Made by a program: the position numbers and the translations under genes. Source: an uncultured Acidimicrobiales bacterium (GTDB lineage: Bacteria > Actinomycetota > Acidimicrobiia > Acidimicrobiales > RAAP-2). Taken from it: 64,000 nt of DNA. Below the pieces are notes generated by a model, which was not told where the DNA came from, searched no databases, and saw only the letters and a list, made by a program, of their open reading frames with translations. The DNA lies in contig CAVOTH010000002.1 in assembly GCA_963699085.1 (NCBI GenBank), positions 55,106-119,105 of the forward strand, in the 5' to 3' direction. Of the stretch, positions 16,660 to 24,895 are shown piece by piece; position 1 is the stretch's first letter; every line of letters begins with the position of its first letter.

Positions 16660-16681
16660 GGAGGCCGTTCGGGTGGCCTCC
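16660..16681 (-). terminator. hairpin downstream of the small basic-protein ORF
   Basis: GGAGGCC-N8-GGCCTCC perfect 7-bp stem, about 40 nt past the stop at 16722. No U-tract follows. Confidence 0.3.
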
Positions 16682-16721
16682 CGGGTCATCCGGTCGAAGT
16701 GGCGAGGTCAGCCTGTTCCAC

Positions 16722-16835
16722 TCAGCGGACGAGCGGCTTGGGGCCAGTCTCCTTATCCTTCTTGGCCTGGCGCTTCTCTTTGAGCGTCTTGCCGGACTTC
16801 TTGGAGGTGTTCTTGCGGGGAGACTTGTCGGACAT
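16722..16835 (-). CDS. 37-aa lysine-rich small protein (hypothetical)
   Basis: MSDKSPRKNTSKKSGKTLKEKRQAKKDKETGPKPLVR. The ATG at 16835 is preceded by GGAGGCAGGGAAGGGGG. The longer listed ORF 16722..17057 has an implausible R/P-rich N-terminus. Confidence 0.4.
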   Translation of the reverse strand: MSDKSPRKNTSKKSGKTLKEKRQAKKDKETGPKPLVR

Positions 16836-17044
16836 GGTCAGCCCCCTTCCCTGCCTCCACCGTACTCCTATAACTGCAGATTGGATGTACGGGGGATGGG
16901 TACGACTCCCCGGGGCCCGGTCCCGGGATCGTGCGGCGACGCAGGCCCCAGGGCGGGTCGTAGGATCGGCTCGATGCACGCCTCGGCCCACCGGGGCCGG
17001 GACACTCGGCACGTCGGCGGGGGAGCCGACCGGGAAGGACGCTG

Positions 17045-18154
17045 ATGACCACCGCACTTCCGGACCGCGCCGAAGTAGACGCCACCTGCAAGGTGATCGA
17101 CGACAACTGCCAGAGCATCTACACCTGGCAGTACGAGCGGACCCGGCCTCAACTGGTCACCCTCTACAACAAGGCCGCCCAGTCACAGTGGGCGAGTGTC
17201 TCCGACCTCGACTGGTCGATCGAAGTCGACCCCGAGTCACTCGTCGACCTCGACGCTCCCAACCTCCAGCTGATGCGCGCCGTCACCAAGCTGCCGGGCT
17301 CGCCCATCGCGTCCTGGGGAGACGCGGAATTGCGCAAGCTCGGTGTCGAGATGTTCACCGCACTACTCAGCCAGTTCATGCACGGCGAGCAGGGGGCGAT
17401 GATGACGGCGGCCAAGATCGTGGACACCGTCCCATGGATCGACGCCAAGTACTACGCCGCCACCCAGACCATGGACGAGGCCCGCCACACCGAAGTGTTC
17501 GCCCGCTACATCGACGAGAAGGTGGGCGACGCCTACCCGATGAATCCCCAACTCGAGGCGCAGATCACCGGACTCCTCGAGGACAGCCGGTGGGACATCG
17601 CCTACCTCGGTATGCAGATCGTGATCGAGTCACTCGCACTGGCGGCATTCGGCGACATGGCCCGGCGCACCTCCGAGCCCTTGCTGAAGAAGCTGCTGCG
17701 CTACGTCATGGCCGACGAGGCCCGCCACGTCGCTTTCGGGATCCTGTCGCTGGGGGAGTACTACGAACACCTGTCTTCAGCCGAGCTGAAGGACCGCCAG
17801 GAGTTCCTTCTCGAGCACACGGTGAACTCCCGGGCCCGGTCGACCACGCCCGAGGTGTGGAACCGTATGGGAGTCCCGGTCGAGACTGTGGTGCCGTTCG
17901 TACTCGAGGCCGCCGCCAGCATGCAGTCCTCACCCTTCCAGAGCTTCCAGAACGGGTTCTTCGCCAAGCTGGTGCCGAACGTCCGTCGGCTCGGCCTCCT
18001 CGACGCCAACGACGGCTATCTCCGTCGGGCCTGGGGTGAGGCCGGACTGCTCGAGTTCGAGTTCGCCGAAGACACCCTGGCGGAGTACGACACCTTCGAT
18101 GCAGTGGCGGAGGATCGAATGGCGGATGGGGCGGCGGTCGATCGGGCCGACTGA
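17045..18154 (+). CDS. ferritin-like diiron oxygenase (AurF-like family)
   Basis: FMHGEQGAMMTAAK, MDEARHTEVFARYI, VIESLALAAFGD and VMADEARHVAFG give the E/ExxH ligand pattern of a diiron carboxylate protein. Confidence 0.8.
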   Translation: MTTALPDRAEVDATCKVIDDNCQSIYTWQYERTRPQLVTLYNKAAQSQWASVSDLDWSIEVDPESLVDLDAPNLQLMRAVTKLPGSPIASWGDAELRKLGVEMFTALLSQFMHGEQGAMMTAAKIVDTVPWIDAKYYAATQTMDEARHTEVFARYIDEKVGDAYPMNPQLEAQITGLLEDSRWDIAYLGMQIVIESLALAAFGDMARRTSEPLLKKLLRYVMADEARHVAFGILSLGEYYEHLSSAELKDRQEFLLEHTVNSRARSTTPEVWNRMGVPVETVVPFVLEAAASMQSSPFQSFQNGFFAKLVPNVRRLGLLDANDGYLRRAWGEAGLLEFEFAEDTLAEYDTFDAVAEDRMADGAAVDRAD

Positions 18155-18220
18155 GCCGGGGGACATCCCAGGGCCCGGCGGCCGGGGTGAGCCGACAGGG
18201 CGGGGTGTAGCGTCGAAATC

Positions 18221-19612
18221 GTGCACGACCGGCTGAGTCCGCTGGACTCCTCGTTCCTGGCGATCGAGGACGGGGTGAGCCACATGCACATCGCGTCCAT
18301 CGGCATCTTCGAGGGACCGGCCCCTCGCTACGACGACCTGGTCGCCATGATCGCCGGCAAGTTGCGACACGTCCCCAGGTACCGCCAGGTGATCGAGCGG
18401 GTGCCCGCCGATCTCGGCCGACCGGTGTGGGTCGACGACTCCCACTTCAACATCGAGTACCACGTGCGCCATACGGCACTGCCGGAACCGGGGGGCGAGG
18501 CCGAGCTCCGCCGTCTGGTGGGCCGGGTCATGTCCCAGCAACTCGACCGGTCCAAACCCCTGTGGGAGATCTGGATGGTGGACGGGCTCGAGGGCGACCG
18601 GTGGGCCATGGCGTCGAAGACCCACCACTGCATGGTGGACGGGGTATCGGGCACGGAGCTGCTGTCGGTGATCATGGACAGCGGTCCCGATGTCACCCCG
18701 CCCGAGCCGGTCGAGTGGGATCCGCAGCCCGGGCCGAGCCGGCTGGGCCTGGCCGTGGGGGCGGTGGCCGACATGGCGAGGAGCCCCTACGAGCAGTTCC
18801 GCGCCGCCCGTTCCGCCCTGAGGGTCCCCCGCAGTGCCGCCAGCCAGATGCTTACGGTCGGCAGGGGGATGTCCTCCATGTTGGGCATGGTCCGACGCAC
18901 ACCGGCGTCCTCTCTCAACGGGCCCATCGGGCCCCACCGGCAGTGGTGCTGGGCGTCGACCTCGGTCGAGGACGTTCGCGCCGTGCGCAGGGAACATGGA
19001 GGGACGTTCAACGATGTGGTGCTGGCGTGCATTGCCGCCGGATTCCGGGAGCTACTGCTATCCCGCGGCGAGTCGGCCGACCGGGTGGTCCGCACCATGG
19101 TCCCGGTGTCGGTCCGTCCCCGGGACCAGCGGGGTGTCGCCGTCGGTGACGGCGTCCTCGACAACAAAGTGTCGGCCATGTTCGCCGAGCTCCCGGTCAA
19201 CGTGGCCGATCCGCTCGAGAGGCTGCAGGCGATCAGTGGGCAGATGGCCGGGCTCAAGGACTCCCGGGCGGCGTTGGCCGGAGAGGCGCTGACCTCACTT
19301 TCCGGGTTCGCCCCTCCACTCCTGCTGGCCCTGGGCGGCCGCATCGCCACCAAAGGGTCACAGCGCAATATCAATACGGTGACCACCAATGTGCCCGGTC
19401 CGCAGGTACCGCTCTACGTGCTGGGCCGGCGGATGCTGCAGGCATTCCCGTTCGTGCCCCTGGGAGCGCAGATGCGGGTGACGGTGGCCATCTTCTCCTA
19501 CGACGGCCAGGTCAACTTCGGGGTCACCGGCGACTACGACGCCGCTCCCGACATCGATGTGTTGTGCCGGGGCGTGGAGAAGGGCCTGGCCGAGTTGCTC
19601 GTCGCCGGCTGA
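18221..19612 (+). CDS. wax ester synthase / diacylglycerol O-acyltransferase (WS/DGAT)
   Basis: GTG start. N-terminal LSPLDSSFL, catalytic HHCMVDGVSG (HHxxxDG) and C-terminal NVPGP motif. Confidence 0.9.
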   Translation: MHDRLSPLDSSFLAIEDGVSHMHIASIGIFEGPAPRYDDLVAMIAGKLRHVPRYRQVIERVPADLGRPVWVDDSHFNIEYHVRHTALPEPGGEAELRRLVGRVMSQQLDRSKPLWEIWMVDGLEGDRWAMASKTHHCMVDGVSGTELLSVIMDSGPDVTPPEPVEWDPQPGPSRLGLAVGAVADMARSPYEQFRAARSALRVPRSAASQMLTVGRGMSSMLGMVRRTPASSLNGPIGPHRQWCWASTSVEDVRAVRREHGGTFNDVVLACIAAGFRELLLSRGESADRVVRTMVPVSVRPRDQRGVAVGDGVLDNKVSAMFAELPVNVADPLERLQAISGQMAGLKDSRAALAGEALTSLSGFAPPLLLALGGRIATKGSQRNINTVTTNVPGPQVPLYVLGRRMLQAFPFVPLGAQMRVTVAIFSYDGQVNFGVTGDYDAAPDIDVLCRGVEKGLAELLVAG

Positions 19613-19625
19613 CCGGTTCGCCGCC

Positions 19626-20414
19626 TCAGGCGGCCATGGACGCCGGCGCCGGGGTCGGATAGAGGTGGCGGACCAGTGCGGGCGGGGTGAACGGGGTCCA
19701 GGTCCCGGCCGGCTGGGCCAGGCGGTCGGCCACCACCCACAGGGCCGCCGGGTTGTGCCCCAGTCCGCAGTGACTGCCCCGGACTTCGACGTTCTCGCGC
19801 CGCTCCCCGTCCTCCTGGATGCAGGTCTGCCAGGCGACCACGCCGTCGGCCTTGGTGTAGACGGCGGTGACGGGCATGGCCAACTGATTCCGGTCGGCAT
19901 CGACATCGGGTAGCTCGGACTCGGGAACATGCAGGTGGGCGAAGCGCTCGAAGCTGCGGGCGGCGTGGCTGCCGATGGGTTGGTCGCTGCGGAAGGGGCT
20001 GCCCAAGGTGACGATCTGGCGGACGAGCTCGGGATGCAGCTGGCCGAGACCCCGCGCGTACATCCCGCCGAGGCTCCAGCCGACGATGGTGATCGGACCG
20101 CCGGCCGAGGTGGCCAGCCGGTCGGCCAGGGCCTCCATGCCCTCCATGATCTCGGTGGTCGGGCCGACGTTACGGCCGAGCCCCCAGCCGTAGGTGTGGT
20201 GGCCGAGCGACCCGAGATAGGTGCGCAAGGGCACGGTCGAGTGGTCGTCGGCCAGGAATCCGGGCAGCACCAGGACGGTGTGGCCGTCACCGTGAGGCGC
20301 CCGCCGCAGGATCGGGGTGCAGGCGAGGAAGGTGGCGAACTCGAGGGAGGCCCGGGTCGGCTCGGTGTAGAGCAGCGCGCGTGATGGCGCACCGATCTGT
20401 GTGACCTGTCTCAT
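19626..20414 (-). CDS. alpha/beta hydrolase
   Basis: GWSLGG nucleophile elbow and VLVLPGFLADD. ATG 20414 is preceded by GGGGAGGGG; the listed start 20483 is less likely. Confidence 0.8.
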   Translation of the reverse strand: MRQVTQIGAPSRALLYTEPTRASLEFATFLACTPILRRAPHGDGHTVLVLPGFLADDHSTVPLRTYLGSLGHHTYGWGLGRNVGPTTEIMEGMEALADRLATSAGGPITIVGWSLGGMYARGLGQLHPELVRQIVTLGSPFRSDQPIGSHAARSFERFAHLHVPESELPDVDADRNQLAMPVTAVYTKADGVVAWQTCIQEDGERRENVEVRGSHCGLGHNPAALWVVADRLAQPAGTWTPFTPPALVRHLYPTPAPASMAA

Positions 20415-20565
20415 GAGTCCCCTCCCCGGCTGGTGTTCCGGCCGAATGTGCCGTGACCAGCGGGTTCCATCGTAGCGCTGCAACGCGTTCTCGCGGGTTC
20501 AAGCCTTCTTGACGCTCTCCGGACAGGCGCTGCACACCCGGTCCCGTCCGCGGGAGACTGCCCTC

Positions 20566-21480
20566 ATGGACTTCGACCTGCGGCACGTCTCCATCCACGG
20601 CCACGCCGTGGGGTACCGGATGGCCGGCGACGGGCCTGTGCTCCTGCTGATCCACGGCATCGCCGGCAGTTCGGCGGCGTGGCGGGAGGTCATGCCGACC
20701 CTGGCCGAGCGGTACACGGTGGTGGCCCCCGACCTGATCGGCCATGGGCGCTCGGACAAGCCGCTCGGGGACTACTCACTGGGCGCCTACGCCAGCGCGA
20801 TGCGCGATCTGCTGGGGGCCCTGGGCATGGAACGGGCCTCGGTCGTCGGCCAGTCGTTCGGCGGCGGGGTGGCACTGCAACTGGCCTACCAGCACCCCGA
20901 GTGCTGCGAGCGACTGGTGCTGGTGGACAGCGGGGGCCTCGGTCGGGAGGTGAGCTGGATGCTCCGGTTCATGACGCTTCCCGGCACCGAGTATCTGATG
21001 CCGTTGCTCTTCCCGTCGTTCGTTCGGGACGGAGGGAACCGGATCAGTCGACAGCTTCACCAGCGCGGTGTGCGACTCGGCCGTCTGGCCGAGATGTGGA
21101 GCGCCTACGTCTCGCTCACCGAGTCCGAGAACCGTCCGGCATTCGTCAGGACGCTGCGTTCCGTGATCGACCCCGGCGGCCAGACGGTCAACGCCGGGGA
21201 CCGGCTGTACCTGGCGGCCCGTCTGCCGACCCTGATCATCTGGGGCGAGCAGGACACCATCATCCCGGTGGCCCACGCCTATGCGGCCCACGAGGCGATC
21301 GCCGGGAGCCGCATCGAGGTCATCGCCGACGCCGGTCACTTCCCCCACGTGGAGACCCCGGAGCGATTCCTCCGGGTGCTCCTCGAGTTCCTCGAGGGAA
21401 CGGAGCCGGCCCGGCTCGAGGCAGCCGACCTCCACCATCTCGTGCGCCACCAGACGGGATCGGTGCCCGGTGCCGACTGA
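20566..21480 (+). CDS. alpha/beta hydrolase
   Basis: LLLIHGIAGSS, GQSFGG elbow and C-terminal AGHFPHVE. ATG 20566 (MDFDLRH) is preferred over the listed TTG 20509. Confidence 0.9.
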   Translation: MDFDLRHVSIHGHAVGYRMAGDGPVLLLIHGIAGSSAAWREVMPTLAERYTVVAPDLIGHGRSDKPLGDYSLGAYASAMRDLLGALGMERASVVGQSFGGGVALQLAYQHPECCERLVLVDSGGLGREVSWMLRFMTLPGTEYLMPLLFPSFVRDGGNRISRQLHQRGVRLGRLAEMWSAYVSLTESENRPAFVRTLRSVIDPGGQTVNAGDRLYLAARLPTLIIWGEQDTIIPVAHAYAAHEAIAGSRIEVIADAGHFPHVETPERFLRVLLEFLEGTEPARLEAADLHHLVRHQTGSVPGAD

Positions 21481-21549
21481 GCCGGTGGATCCCACGGTAG
21501 CGACGGTGACGACTCCCGGGACCTGAGCGCCGAAGGGATCGAGCGCTAT

Positions 21550-22584
21550 GTGGTGGGCGGTGCCATCGACGACTCGGTGGCCGAACGGATGCACGCCGTC
21601 CACGACGTGATCGTCCGGGGCTGCGCCCGAGGACCGCAAGGCGGTGGCGCAGTGGCTCAACGACATCATCGCCGGGACCTCGCCCGACGAGCTGCCGGCC
21701 CTGCGCCGGGTCATCCTCGCGCAGGATGACCCGATGTACGGGACACCGCCGATGAGCGCCGACGACAAGATGGTCGATTCCTGGCAGTCGGGCGTCTACC
21801 CGTACAAGCAGCCTGATGTCCCGCAAGGAGTACGAGGCGAAGAAGTATCACCTGCAGGTGGAGCTGCTGAAGCTGCAGGCCTGGGTGAAGGAGACCGGCC
21901 AGCGGGTCGTGATCCTGTTCGAGGGACGGGACGCGGCCGGCAAGGGTGGGACGATCAAACGGTTCATGGAACACCTCAATCCTCGGGGCGCCAGGGTGGT
22001 GGCCCTCGAGAAGCCGACCGAGGTCGAGCGCGGTCAGTGGTACCTCCAGCGCTATGTCCAGCACCTACCCACCAGGGGCGAGATCGTGCTCTTCGACCGG
22101 TCCTGGTACAACCGGGCCGGCGTCGAGCGGGTGATGGGATTCGCCACCGAGCGAGGAGGTCGCCGAGTTCCTCCGTCAGGCGCCCGAGTTCGAGCGCGAC
22201 CTGACCGGTAGTGGTATCCACCTGATCAAATTCTGGTTCTCCGTGAGCCAGGACGAGCAGCGGCGCCGGTTCCAGGAGCGTGAGCGGCACCCGCTGAAGC
22301 AGTGGAAGCTCTCGCCGGTCGACGTCGCCTCACTCGGGCGGTGGGACGCCTACACCGAGGCCAAGGACGCCATGTTCCAGACCACCGACATCGACGAGGC
22401 CCGCTGGACGGTGATCAAGTCGAACGACAAGAAGCGGGCCCGGCTCAACGCGCTCCGCTACGTCCTTCACCTGATGCCGTACACCGGAAAGGACCTGGAG
22501 CAGATCGGACTGCTCGACCCACTCCTGGTCGGCCGGGCCAGCGATGTGTACGAAATAGGCGAGCAGAGCCACTTCGACGTCTGA
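21550..22584 (+). pseudogene. ppk2: polyphosphate kinase 2 (PPK2), reading frame interrupted
   Basis: The PPK2 core [30 protein letters not shown]...[16 protein letters not shown] (frame 0, ORF 21816..22211) continues as [40 protein letters not shown]...WKLSP (frame 1, ORF 22243..22584). The junction is near 22150. The family's YPYKQ..MSRKEYE N-terminal motif is also split between frames near 21808. A further shift near 21620 is suggested by third-position bias. Confidence 0.8.
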
Positions 22585-22723
22585 CGGGCACCGGGCGACC
22601 ATCTCGTCGTCGGCATTCCGTCCCGAGCGCGGCGCCGGATTGGCGGATAAGTTTCCTTGGTCGGCGGACCGGGCGCATTCTCGTTCCACCGGCCAGGCCA
22701 CGAATCACATCCCGGGGGGGAAC

Positions 22724-24065
22724 ATGATCCGACGTGCGCATGGGTGCCGTGGGGTGGGGCGGGCAGGGGTGCGGCGGGCAGGGGTGCGGCGGGCACCGAT
22801 CTCTGCAGTAGCGCTGAGTCTGGTCCTACTCGCCGGTCTGCTGGCCTCGTGCTCCACCACCAACCCGAACTCGGCCGCCGATGCGAGCTCGGGGACATCC
22901 CCGATCCCCCCGGCCGCCTTCCAGGATCACACCGGGGTGACACCGACCACGGTCACCGTCGGCAACGTGACCACCCAGCTGGCCGGCCTGTTCACCGGGG
23001 GGGTGGTCGGCACCGAAGCCTATGCCGACTACGTGAACTCTCGTGGCGGTGTCAACGGGCGGAAGATCTTGGTGTCGAGTTCGGACGACCGGTTCCAAGG
23101 GGCGCTCAACAAGCAGCAGGTTCAGAACGACGTCCAGAACGACTTCGCCAACGTGGGCGGTCTGTCGCTCGAGGACAGCTTCAGCGAGCCGGTGATCGCA
23201 GCCAACCCGGGTTTTCCCGATGTGACGGGATCGCTCGATCCGGCGACGGAGAAGCTGCCCGAACAACTTCAGCCCCGAGCCGGCATCGAATGGCTGGCCG
23301 ACCGGCCCACTCCTGTACTTCAAGCAGAGGTTTCCGACGAAGATCGCCCACACGGCCACGATCATCGCCAACCTCCCCTCCACCGAGCTGATCTGGGCCA
23401 ACGAGAAACTGACCATGCAGCATCTGGGCTACACCGTCCTCCTCGACCCGGCATTGCCGGCGACGACCACCGACTTCACCGAGCAGGTGGTGGCCATGAA
23501 GAACGCCGGGGTCCAGATCCTGTTCCTCGAGCAGGAGCCCCAGAACTACGCGTCGGCCATCTTCCGTGATCTCGACCAGCAGAACTTCCACCCGGTGGTG
23601 GTGCTGGGCGCCGCCTCCTACAGCTCGCAGCTCATCCCCAACTCGGGTGGGGCTGCCGCGGTGGACGGCTCCTACCTGGAGCAGGGGGCCTCGCTCTACT
23701 TGGGGGAGGATGCGGCCGAGATCCCGACGATCACCACGTTCAACGACTGGGTGCAGAAGGCCTCGCCCGGGTTCACTCCCGACTTCTTCACCCTGACCGG
23801 GTGGCTGTGCGGCGAACTGTTCGTCGATGCGTTGCGCAACGCCGGGACCGACCCCAGCCGGGGCTCGCTCCTGGCCGCCCTACGGAAGATCACGGCATTC
23901 CAGAGTGGCAACCTCATCCCGGTCAGCAATCCGGCCGGCAAGGTCCCGATCGACTGTTACATACTGGGCCAGGTGGTCAACGGGACGTTCCAGCGCCTGG
24001 ACGATCCGCCGGTGAACAGCTCCACCAACGGCTTCCGCTGCGACGGGACCTACTACCGGGGATAG
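22724..24065 (+). pseudogene. ABC-transporter substrate-binding lipoprotein (branched-chain amino acid-binding type), frameshifted
   Basis: Lipobox LLASC after a basic N-terminus. VGNVTTQLAGLF...YVNSRGGVNGRKI is typical of Leu/Ile/Val-type binding proteins. The frame changes from 2 to 0 at the CCC run 23258-23260 (EKLP | NNFSPEPASNGWPTGPLLYFKQRFP...). No permease or ATPase genes are adjacent. Confidence 0.8.
22761..22790 (+). repeat. 15-bp perfect tandem duplication GGGCAGGGGTGCGGC x2 within a G-run-rich stretch
   Basis: Read directly. It encodes AGVRR-AGVRR in the signal-peptide n-region. The surrounding 22751-22795 carries more than four closely spaced G3-4 runs. Confidence 0.85.
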
Positions 24066-24108
24066 CGCCGCCCGGTGCATCCCGAGCCTGCCCTCGGTCC
24101 ATCGGGCC

Positions 24109-24741
24109 ATGCCACAATGGGCGGTCGTGCGACCCAATGTCCTTCATGCATCAGAGGATCCGGACGTGGTCCGTCGGCTCATCCGCGAGAACCCGTGGGG
24201 CACCCTAGTCAGCAATAACCAGGGTGAGTTGGTCGCCTCGCACTACCCGATCCTGCTGGACGACCGGGCCGAGGGATTGGCGGTCCTCACTCACGTCGGG
24301 CGTCCCGATGAGACCATCCATGGATTCGGTGACGGGGAGATCCTGCTCATCATCCAGGGGCGCAATGGCTACATATCGCCCAGTTGGTACGCCCCGGGTG
24401 CGATCCGGGCGCCGACCTGGAACTTCAGCGCCGCCCACTGCTACGGAGTCCCGCAGATCCTCGAGCCGGAGGAGAACCTGGAGGTGCTGGGCCGGCTGGT
24501 CGCCAACTTCGAACGTCACGTCGACCAACCGATGTACCTCGACCCGGAGTGGGGCCGCCCGGTGGCCCAGGGCACGGTGGGCATCCGGCTGCCGATCACC
24601 CGGTTCGTCTGCAAGATCAAGATGAGCCAGGACAAGGATCCCGTCTCCCAGAGCCAGGTCCTGGCCGCCCTGCGCCGACCGGGGGCGTACCGGAACCCGG
24701 GGCTCGCCGACGACATGGAAGAAGCACTGGCGCGGGATTGA
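24109..24741 (+). CDS. FMN-binding negative transcriptional regulator (PaiB family)
   Basis: LIRENPWGTLVS...LVASHYPILLD...THVGRPDE...ISPSWY...KMSQDK is the family pattern. The true start may be GTG 24127. Confidence 0.85.
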   Translation: MPQWAVVRPNVLHASEDPDVVRRLIRENPWGTLVSNNQGELVASHYPILLDDRAEGLAVLTHVGRPDETIHGFGDGEILLIIQGRNGYISPSWYAPGAIRAPTWNFSAAHCYGVPQILEPEENLEVLGRLVANFERHVDQPMYLDPEWGRPVAQGTVGIRLPITRFVCKIKMSQDKDPVSQSQVLAALRRPGAYRNPGLADDMEEALARD

Positions 24742-24753
24742 CCCCGTGCGGAA

Positions 24754-24780
24754 CCGGTGGCTTCGGATGGTGGCTACCGG
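24754..24780 (+). terminator. hairpin after the PaiB-family gene
   Basis: CCGGTGGC-N11-GCTACCGG (8 bp including one G-U pair), 13 nt after stop 24741. No U-tract follows. Confidence 0.3.
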
Positions 24781-24895
24781 TCGGGCAGCGGCCGGCGGTG
24801 CAGGTGGCAAACACGGCAGAACAGCATGAGTTGCTACAGATGTGGCCCAAATCGCCCCTAGTGGTAACGACAGACCCAACGGTATCTTTGGAGTG

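Noticed and set aside
16576-18039. The 487-aa plus-strand ORF spanning the desaturase/diiron intergenic region.
   Set aside because: Its product is Arg/Pro/Gly-rich. It overlaps the well-supported diiron oxygenase gene (17045..18154) in another frame and the small basic ORF on the other strand.
20471-20510. A tRNA-like GGGTTCAAGCC T-loop motif in the hydrolase divergent region.
   Set aside because: No complementary T-stem follows the motif, and no acceptor or anticodon stem can be drawn around it.
21481-21549. Read-through or fusion of the alpha/beta hydrolase into the PPK2 N-terminal region (same frame after the TGA at 21478-21480).
   Set aside because: The hydrolase already has a complete C-terminus (AGHFPHVE...FLEG). 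The 70 nt after the stop have weaker bias and no start is needed there. This is most simply a coincidence of frames.
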